Source of the DNA: Macrostomum hystrix
Lineage: Eukaryota; Animalia; Platyhelminthes
Reading direction: 5' to 3'
DNA length: 64,000 nucleotides
Assembly: GCA_950097015.1 (NCBI GenBank)
Contig: CATNEN010000025.1
Coordinates: 3,038,001 to 3,102,000 of the forward strand
Shown: positions 54,376 to 64,000 of the stretch, in pieces
Layout: every line of letters starts with the position of its first letter
Position numbering within the stretch: position 1 is the first letter of the stretch
The notes under the pieces: generated by a model
What the model was told of the DNA's origin: nothing
The model's input: only the letters and a program-made list of their open reading frames with translations
Databases searched by the model: none
Program-made: the position numbers and the translations under genes

Positions 54376-57122
54376 ATGACAACAACAGAACCGGCACCGT
54401 CGGAGGATCGCACTGGAGAGAGCCAACCGCTCGTGCCCGATGGCGACTCTTCCGGCTGCTGCGGTGCCTGTTGCAGCCCTGGCTGTCTGGACGCCTGCCG
54501 AGCCAAGCTGAGCGTCGAGAACTCGGTCAAGACGCGAGTGATCGCCATTGGCGCTGTCTGGGGCCTCCTAACCGGTGTGGAGCGTGCTATCATTCTGCCC
54601 ACACTGTGGCTGTACTTTTACACAAAGTTTGACATGTCGGCCGCCATGCAGTTCTACGGTGCCACACTGGCAGCGTTCAACATCTCCGCCCTGTTCTGCA
54701 CGCCGATGTTCGGCTGGCTCTCTCAGCATGGCTATGTGCGGGCCAAGCTGCTGCTGATCATTGCCAACCAGCTAGAGATTGCCGGCAACTTGATCTACTT
54801 TGTTGCGCCGCAGCCCTGGCTTGTGTTTTTAGGCCGCTTCGTGGCCGGAGCTGGCGCCGGCGCCGAGCCGCCGCTGTACGCCGATGTTGTTCGCGTCACG
54901 ACGCGGAAGGAGCGAACTAGCATCATGGTGTACCTGCTGCTGGCCAGGCAGTTCGGACTCATCGCAGGTGAAAAGACCGTACGAATAATGGCAGGATGCT
55001 TGCTCTCTCTGCCTCACAGATTGCAGGATTTACCTACTGCTAAAAAATTACTCAAAAGCGTTCTCAGGTTTGTAATCTTCCCCTTTCTTTTCCTTGGCTT
55101 CGAGATTTTGAGAACATGGACCAATTTTTCGTTGCGATGAAGCCGAGGCTTATGAACACGGATGACGCTTCTTAAATTATCGGAGAGGGTACCTGAATAT
55201 CATGAATGTTAAACGACTAGGTGAGAAAATTAGCTGAGAGCATGGAAGGGTAAGAATTGGGGATGCTGCAGTAGTGATGGGGAATAATTCTTCCCAAATC
55301 AGAAATTACAGCGCCTAGGGTAATTATGCATTGCGCCTATCTTATAATTTTCTGCATGTTGGATGTTTCCAGCATTTTAGGACTAGCCATACTTACCAGC
55401 TAAGTCAGCAGTGCGATCCCCTGCTTCCTTGCTTCCTTCCTCGCCCACACTCCGCCACTTTTTCAAGACAAGCCGACTGTGAGCTTGAGTCCTACCCACA
55501 TGGGGGGATCAAACCTGCTTAACTGCTACAGTGCTGCTAGCTGGGTGTATCACCTGCTCCCGGTCTCTGTCCTCTCTGTGGCTATTTTACCCTGCGTGTG
55601 GTGAGGAGAGGATCCCAGCAATGGGATTGCATAAGCCGAGGGATCATCGGAGAGAGCTAAGTGCGAGGACGCGCAAACTTGACTAAGTTTTTGTAAGCTT
55701 TGTAACGCATGCGATTGTAGCTTTGACTTAAAAAATTTGGCAAAATGGAATTTCGTGAGTGACGAACGAGTGTGTGTTTATGTGTGAGCATGCGCACCAT
55801 GGGGTTTAATAAACAGTCCCAAAGCTCTCAACAATCGATTCCTGTAACGAAATGCAATGTTTTCCAGTTAGCAGAACTTTCAATCGATAGATTGCAGTAT
55901 GTACATGCGTTTTCAAGAGCTCATAAAGCATTATAGCTTTAAAACGAAGTTTGATTTGAGGTGCATTCGAGCTTTTCTACAAGTTCTTCGTCATCCTCAT
56001 CATCCTTTGGCTTCCTTGATTTATTCGCAATACTGTTCCCGCTAGAACTATTGATCGTGTATGTTTCGATGCACTTTGAAAATTGAAAGTCCAAACCTCA
56101 TCTACTCAACCACCGGTGAAGGCCCCGCCCTGACGCTGCTGATGCACCCGATCCGCTACAAGGTCCAACAGTTTGTCATCGACGTCTACAACTCGCCTGG
56201 CCTAGTGATGGCCCTGCTGTGGGCCATCCACACGATCGCTATCATCGCCGCCTACCCGACAGTGAGTCACAGGCGGTTTCGCGGCGGTGTGGCTCGCGAA
56301 TCAAGGGACAGCAGCCTCCAGACCACACGAAGGGCATCCGCGGCAGCGGACAGCCAAACACCTGCAGTACCTACGCCACCGCCGCCTCCGATCGAACAGA
56401 GCGTGTCGGACCGATTCCAACAGTTGTGCAACTTGGAAAAGTTGCGCATGTACTTCAAGCTGGACACTTTTGCCATGGTGTTTGTCACCTTTGCGAGCTA
56501 CTTCAATCTGATGGCGCTGGAGGCTGTACTGCCGCCACTTGCGAATAGGTACTTCGGTTGGGATGAGCTCTACACGAGCTTAGTGTACCTGGGCGCTGGG
56601 ATCCTGGTGATAGTTGTGTTCGTGGTGCTCCGCTTCTTATTGGAAAGGTACGAGGACCGCTACCTGCTCATTTTGAGCATTGGCCTACTCATCGGTGCCT
56701 ATTTCTGGAACTTTATGACTCTTTTATTTGTGGATCGCAACAAGCCGGCTCTTTACATCACCCTAGTGCTCATGGGCATTGTGGCGCACGTTATTGGAAT
56801 GCCAGCCACCTTTGCCATTCCCGAGAGCATTTACAGCAAGAGTCTGCCGGTGGCTGAGATGGACATGGCCCAGGGCGTGTACCGAACCGTGATCGCCATG
56901 GCGGTGCTGGTTGGCCCGCTGATCGGTGGCTCGCTGCAGTTCGTGTCCTGGCTCGTCTTCCTGTTCATGCTGGCGCTGAATCTCATCGCCCTTTTGTTGT
57001 GCTACAAGGCCTACGAGATGCTGGTATATCCGGAGGATGCAGCTGACGAGGGAGAGGACGCGGGTGAGGATGAGGGCGACGGCGAGCCCGATGTCAAAAG
57101 CGGAGACAAGAGAGAAAAGTAG
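54376..57122 (+). CDS. Major facilitator superfamily transporter, MFSD8/CLN7-like, 2 exons, about 530 aa
   Basis: Exons 54376-54967 and 56122-57122 (phase 1; junction gives GLIAGPAL). Multiple TM helices, GRFVAGAG in TM4, N-terminal ESQPLV resembling an acidic dileucine lysosomal signal. Confidence 0.88.
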
Positions 57123-57960
57123 CTGTATGGAATTCGAATTTGCAACGGAACTTTTCAGAGCGTGTAATCCCGCGAACGATGGCCATTGTACATTCAAATG
57201 CTCTCCAATAGAACTATGAGGCAGCAAAATTTTCCACTTGAATATCTTCAGATAGATTAAAATACGCGCTTTATGCTTTAGGAAATCTGAATTACACAAG
57301 TGCGCCAACCTTACATGTATGTGTATTATAAAATGTACTCGTAGTTTGTTTATTGTACTACAGAATTTGACGAGACAATATATTTTTTATCGCTTTGTTT
57401 AACTGCTAAGCGGTTTTTCTTGGAAAATGTCTTCGAAATATCGCACGTTTCCAACTTACCTAGAGTTAAAAATGTATATTTGTCCTGCCATTAAACTGTT
57501 TCTGTAAATCTGAAGTTTTAAAAAATAAATAAAATGTATTTTTTCGAATTTCACTGCCCTCTAGAAGCTTTGAGTTTCTTTTTTCATCACTGAATCTGCC
57601 CATAAGATGAGTAGACATTGCCAAAGTATTCATGCAGAATGTAAATGTCTGCCACAACAAGACCACTGCAGGTACGAGTCTTCTACGGATACCGATGCAC
57701 AATATGTTTAGCGCTGGTCACATTTAACTAGGTGGTTCTTTAAACACTACTTTAAGTAGAGAGGAGTCGGGCTGTTGTTCTTGTTATTATTATTATCATT
57801 GTTGTGGCTAACTCGCCATCCGTAGAGGGGAGAAAACTTTGACAGAAGTCTAATCTGTAAGTAATGACATGGTATGTTAGCCTCCCAACTCCGACCTCAT
57901 CCCAGACGCTCGAGCCGGAGGATCAAGTGACATTTTGAGGCCTAGCGAGGGATCCGTACC

Positions 57961-58024
57961 AACGCACACACACACACACGCACACACGCACACACACACA
58001 CACACACACACGCACACACACACG
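57961..58024. repeat. (AC)n microsatellite
   Basis: Directly visible. Confidence 0.95.
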
Positions 58025-58561
58025 AGCAAGTCGGCAGTTCATTCAAATGCTGAATTCCTGGCACACGGGAAAGTATATCAAGCATATGCTTAAACATACT
58101 TTTTTCCTTTCAGTCGCAAAGAAAGAGTGTCAGAACCGGATGTGAAACGCTTGCTCTAACCGGAACCCCCGTTAGAACCGCAAAGCGTCAATGTACAGGT
58201 CTCACCACAAGGTGTCAACACAACACTGGTGCTATTACAATGGCTGCCGTCATTTTAAAGTAGACAATTAAAATCTAAAGAACATCTGCCAACTATTTAT
58301 ATTTAAAGTAGAAATTCTTGTGCCCCGATCAAGAACTCGATGCTAAGCTTGCGCACATCACAGCGACACAATGTAAAATATTATAGTGCAGCGCCTTTTT
58401 ATTCGAACAGTAAGTTTTGTAAGCGGTGGAAATTTATCAGTAATTTAATGCTGCGTTTGTGATAGTGGTCTGGAAAATATTTTCTTGCATGGGTTTGACG
58501 ATGTTCTTACTAGTAGCAACTTTACGTATAATATAGGGGGTATATAGTTTATCTAGATAGG

Positions 58562-58700
58562 CTTGTAGCCTAGTGGTTAGACTGTCGGACTCAGGACTTG
58601 AAGGTCGGGGGTTCGATTTCTTACTCCACTGGAACAATGTGGCTCCTTCAGCAAAACGCATAACTCTGCATTGCTTCAGTTCACCCAGCTGTTAATGACA
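58562..58700 (+). mobile_element. SINE family B head plus CORE-like domain
   Basis: gtagcctagtggttagactgtcggactcaggacttgaaggtcgggggttcgattt followed by ttgcttcagttcacccagctgt. Confidence 0.7.
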
Positions 58701-58974
58701 CCGCTGTTATCAAAGTTGTTATACAAACAACAAAAAGCTTACAAAGCTTTTATAAGAAAATCCCACCCAATGGCACCAAAGTTGTACCAGGGCGGATCTC
58801 ACTGCTGCTGTCTCAATTTAATAGATGTTTAGACTGGCGGTCCTTAAATGGGCCGTTTTAACTCCTCAATATGGTAGCGTATGTATTGCACGAGCGGTAA
58901 TTAGGCAACTGTATGCGTTTCTAGTCAATTAGGCGTCCCCGAGATTAGAGTTTAGCAGTTTCCCTTTTTTTAAT

Positions 58975-59475
58975 ATTCTTAGTATGATTCTTGGTATAGT
59001 TCTTAGTATGGTTCTTAGTATGGTTCTTAGTATGGTTCTTAGTATGGTTCTTAGTATGGTTCTTAGTATGGTTCTTAGTATGATTCTTGGTATAGTTCTT
59101 AGTATGCTTCTTAGTATGGTTCTTAGTATGGTTCTTAGTATGGTTCTTAGTATGGTTCTTAGTATGGTTCTTAGTATGGTTCTTAGTATGGTTCTTAGTA
59201 TGGTTCTTAGTATGGCTCTTAGTATGGTTCTTAGTATGATTCTTGGTATAGTTCTTAGTATGGTTCTTAGTATGGTTCTTAGTATGGTTCTTAGTATGGT
59301 TCTTAGTATGGTTCTTAGTATGGTTCTTAGTATGGTTCTTAGTATGGTTCTTAGTATGGTTCTTAGTATGGTTCTTAGTATGGTTCTTAGTATGGTTCTT
59401 AGTATGGTTCTTAGTATGGTTCTTAGTATGGTTCTTAGTATGGTTCTTAGTATGGTTCTTAGTATGGTTCCTAGA
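58975..59475. repeat. 12-bp minisatellite (tatggttcttag)
   Basis: About 40 nearly identical units. Confidence 0.97.
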
Positions 59476-62004
59476 ATAATTCTGAGTATATTCCTCAGTG
59501 TTTCCTCTCTTAAAATGAATAACACAATACCTGTTTTCAAGGCACTCCTTTTATATTTTGGATAGACACTTTCAAACAACGACTTTCAACGACTTTCAAG
59601 TTTACTCACAAAGTTTTTCAAGCTTTAACAACAAACTACTACAAGGTTATTTTTCTGTCTGAAAGTTGCGGCTGGATTTTTTTTTAATTTATACACACAG
59701 GATTTCGCATTTGTTAAAATGGCGGATTTTAGCAAAATAATATTTACACGGTAGTCATTAAAACAAAAGGATTTTATACAGTATTATTTTTAATACGGTA
59801 AAAAGTAAAACAAAATTGTTATTTTTTGGCACATTTTCAACTTTAAGATTTTTTTAATTATTTTATAAGGCAAAACGTATTTACAAAATGAAAACGTATC
59901 TACACGAAAACATACTATTACATAATCGTGACGGCTAATACAGGGTCTTCGACAAGAATCCCTGAATATCTCGACGATGCTGGCTCTTACGGCTTTGAAA
60001 GTTCATCGTAAATGGCAGGAAAAGTTTTATTCAGATAATGGACTTTCACGAAAATCAGTCATTCGGTTTGAGAGCTAGGCAGTGAAGTAGGCAGTGGGTA
60101 TTTAAAATACCCCATGGTCTTTCCCCAGGGGAAAATAGTCTTTGTACTGCTAGAATGCTTTGGTCTCATTTGCGATTTTGATGGGCATTTCGCATGAGAA
60201 TTTTTCACTTGAGTAACATTTGCTGATGTTCTCGTGGTTTCTACTGGTCCCTACCTCGGTGGAAAGCCTTTGTCTACAGAAGCCCGTATTTGCTACATTA
60301 AATCTCTTCCCTGCACAATGCCCCAAACCTCCCTTTCTCCTGCAGATTCTGGCCAATTAGAGAGACACGGAAAAAATCTGGTAGGGGGAGGGGCTGTGGG
60401 TAGGATTAATGTTGAGTGATTTGGGAGATTTAGGGAGATCTGCAGCCCCAAAGCGTCATTGTCGCTTTTTGATCCCGACAGCCAACCATTTTCGGCTCTT
60501 CTTCCCCACCTCACCGCTCGTCTTTTTTCGGCTTTCAACCTAGCAAATAAAAAGAGAAATCGCTTCTGCCCCATCCACTAGACCTGTAGTTGTCAGGCTG
60601 TGAGGCTATTCAAGCAGCAACTCTCCCTGGTGAGCTCGGCGAGGTGAGTAAAGCGTGACAAAATACGGTCTGCAAGCATTCTCACTAGAAAATAATCTTT
60701 TGTGCTCGGAAGAATAGGAGGTAGCATGCTCTACATTTTTGACTTCCCCATGGCCTTCGAGCCGAGCTTTTGTAGGCCTCTTTTATTGTCAGTTCATGCA
60801 TTCTCCTAGAGCTCATCCTTCATAATAGGCAGCTCCTAATAGGCAGTATTGGGCCTTGCGACGCCAGACAGTGTACTTTAATGGAAGCCCGGATTGCCTT
60901 TTTTAATCTAAGCTGGGCTGTCAACCCCACAGCCTCCTCCCGTTCAGGGACGCCATCCACCTCCGAGCGGCGTTGTCCCTCGTTGTCCCCCCAAGCCCAG
61001 CTAGGCCCAAACCAGTGGCTGACAATTTTATTGAAAACCTGTCCATATCGCTACGGTGGATAGAGGAGCCTGGAGCCGAGAATGAGTCTGTGTCAGGGCT
61101 AGATAGAATCTAGCATTTTCTATAAAAAAACCTGGCCAACTCGCCTCTTATTCTCTTTCCTTTGCGGATCCGTCACCTGTTGTCAGTGCAAATAGGCAGC
61201 CTGGCATCGCCTCCAACCTCATCCTCAACCTCCGCCCAATTCTCTGCTGGCTCCAATGCGGATTAGCTGATGACGAGAATCGAGTTCATTTGGGCATCAG
61301 GCAAAATAAAAAATCCTAGAACAATGAGGAAGCGTAACCCGCACTGCACTGCTGAATGACAAATTCTAAAAAAACCAAGCACCTTGCAGCCACCTGGGCA
61401 AACTGGAACGGCTGAGCAGGTTTGTTCTCAAACATCGACTGCATATGGACTTAGATTTGCTTCGCTGTCTCATCCTAGAAGTTTGCGCCAATGAAACTTC
61501 GCCAGAAGGCTCATGTGTCATGCTTTCGTAACATTTTCTGCATCCATCCAGCAAATATTTTGTTTGCTTCCGGCCAATTATTCCCCGCTGCCTTTGTACT
61601 CTTTCCCTGGTTATTGGAAGCGGGCCATTGAGCAGTGTGTGAGTACAAGGAACAAAACACGCGGGCCGCCCTTAATCCACCGAGACTCAACGCTTGGAAC
61701 TGGACTAAACTTCAGTTTGGCCTAGACAGGCTAGCGGCCGCCGCTTCCGCTCTTGTGCCAGAAGTCTCCAGCCCAGATTGAAAGTCAACAATCTCGGGCC
61801 CCTCAGCGGGGAGGGCTGTGGGCCGGGAATTTTACTCCCCAGTTTTTTGGTTATAAAAGTGCAACAGTTTTGGGTTTCTGCACAGGTTTCTGCTAGGGAA
61901 TGTTTCATAACTGTGTATCTGTGTAACTCTCACCTCTATCGCAGGGCACTATTCACTGACATAATAGTACACCTGGCTAAACTGGCTGTCGGAAAAGTGT
62001 TGCA

Positions 62005-63987
62005 ATGGACCCGCAGATCAGCGAGGCAGAGCTGAAAGGTGAGGGTCAGTAACAATATTGCGGCTGCATTTCACGCTATCATCATCATCGACATGCGCAA
62101 CTTCTTCAGCTACTTCTGTGTCGCTACCTCTCTGCCTCTCTACTACCTACATCTCTGCCTCTCTACTACCTACATCTCTGCCACTCTACTACCTACATCT
62201 CTGCCACTCTACTACCTATATCTCTGCCACTCTACTACCTACATCTCTGCCACTCTACTACCTACATCTCTGCCACTCTACTACATACATCTCTGCAACT
62301 CTACTACCTACATCTCTGCCACTCTACTACCTACATCTCTGCCACTCTACTACCTACATCTCTGCCACTCTACTACCTACCTCTCTGCCACTCTACTACA
62401 TACATCTCTGCCACTCTACTACCTACATCTCTGCCACTCTACTACCTACATCTCTGCCACTCTACTACCTACATCTCTGCCACTCTACTACCTACATCTC
62501 TGCCACTCTACTACATACATCTCTGCAACTCTACTACCTACATCTCTGCCACTCTACTACCTACATCTCTGCCACTCTACTACCTACATCTCTGCCACTC
62601 TACTACCTATATCTCTGCCACTCTACTACCTACATCTCTGCCACTCTACTACCTACATCTCTGCCACTCTACTACATACATCTCTGCAACTCTACTACCT
62701 ACATCTCTGCAACTCTACTACCTACATCTCTGCCACTCTACTACCTACATCTCTGCCACTCTACTACCTACCTCTCTGCCACTCTACTACATACATCTCT
62801 GCCACTCTACTACCTACATCTCTGCCACTCTACTACCTACATCTCTGCCACTCTACTACCTACATCTCTGCCACTCTACTACCTACATCTCTGCCACTCT
62901 ACTACATACATCTCTGCAACTCTACTACCTACATCTCTGCCACTCTACTACCTACATCTCTGCCACTCTACTACCTACATCTCTGCCACTCTACTACCTA
63001 CATCTCTGCCACTCTACTACCTACATCTCTGCCACTCTACTACCTACATCTCTGCCACTCTACTACCTACATCTCTGCCACTCTACTACCTACATCTCTG
63101 CCACTCTACTACATACATCTCTGCAACTCTACTACCTACATCTCTGCCACTCTACTACCTACATCTCTGCCACTCTACTACCTACCTCTCTGCCACTCTA
63201 CTACCTACCTCTCTGCCACTCTACTACATACATCTCTGCCACTCTACTACCTACATCTCTGCCACTCTACTACCTACATCTCTGCCACTCTACTACCTAC
63301 CTCTCTGCCACTCTACTACCTACCTCTCTGCCACTCTACTACATACATCTCTGCCACTCTACTACCTACATCTCTGCCACTCTACTACCTACATCTCTGC
63401 CACTCTACTACCTACCTCTCTGCCACTCTACTACCCACCTGTCTGCCACTCTACTGCCTTCCTCTGTGCAACTCTACTACATACCTCTCGGACACTCTAC
63501 TAGCTACCTCGCTGCCACTCTATCTACGCCAATGTCGCTACTATCTTCCTACCTACGTGTCTGCCATTCTACTTGTGCATGTGCACTATCAAATATATCC
63601 CTCACTCATAGCTCCAACGGTAAGTATATCTTATCATGCTCCTAACTTGTCATCAAACTCATCAATGAATCTCATTTCAGACATGTTCGCTCTATTCGAT
63701 CAAAACAATTCGGGCTATATCGAGAGTTTCGAGTTGCGCAACATTCTGCAGGCCATGGGTCAGAATCCGACGCAGAAAGATGTGGATAACATCATTCAGG
63801 AGGCGGACGTTCTTGGTGAGTTTCTGAAGTTTGTTTAGCCCTCAGAAAGCAGATTTTCAGTGATTATTTTTATTTTGCAGTTAAAGACGGCAAGATAGAC
63901 TTTGACGAGTTCTCTCGCATTATGAAAACCAGTGGCACCTTCAAGACGACAAATGAGATGGACAACGAATTGCTGAACGCTTTTGAG
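62005..63987 (+). CDS. Calmodulin-like EF-hand protein, 5' part (continues beyond the window)
   Basis: Exons 62005-62038, 63681-63815, 63881-63987 give MDPQISEAELKDMFALFDQNNSGYIESFELRNILQAMGQNPT...KDGKIDFDEF...ELLNAFE, ending at a GT donor. Confidence 0.88.
62125..63545. repeat. 23-bp minisatellite (ccactctactacctacatctctg), calmodulin-like intron 1
   Basis: About 60 units; source of the 599-aa and 481-aa spurious ORFs. Confidence 0.97.
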
Positions 63988-64000
63988 GTAATCCGCAGTC

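Noticed and set aside
58929-59579. (ILRT)n and (VLSM)n ORFs
   Set aside because: A 12-bp array read on both strands.
62039-63838. 599-aa and 481-aa ORFs
   Set aside because: Translations of a 23-bp array inside the calmodulin-like intron; the ORF starts at the GT donor. Only the last about 45 codons are real exon.

Overview
Eukaryotic (animal) genomic DNA with spliceosomal GT-AG introns. GC-rich exons with poly-Ala/Gln runs and introns filled with 12-36 bp minisatellites suggest a free-living flatworm such as Macrostomum (inference only). Ten protein-coding genes were reconstructed by hand with phase-consistent splice sites: a MAP7/ensconsin-like gene, an SLC24/NCKX exchanger, a divergent Ser/Thr kinase (-) head-to-head with a related pseudokinase (+), a KCTD1/15-like BTB gene, a compact NEDD4-family (C2-WW-WW-HECT) ligase, a peptide-type GPCR, PDE9, an MFSD8-like transporter and a calmodulin-like gene cut by the window end. 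Two tRNA-derived SINE families (8 and about 6 copies) and about 18 unrelated tandem arrays make up most of the repeat content. Most long ORFs in the ORF track are translated minisatellites. The most interesting observations are the kinase/pseudokinase pair, ribozyme-like motifs in SINE family A (incomplete, speculative), and intronic minisatellites whose units carry splice-signal motifs. All exon models are manual and need RNA-seq confirmation.
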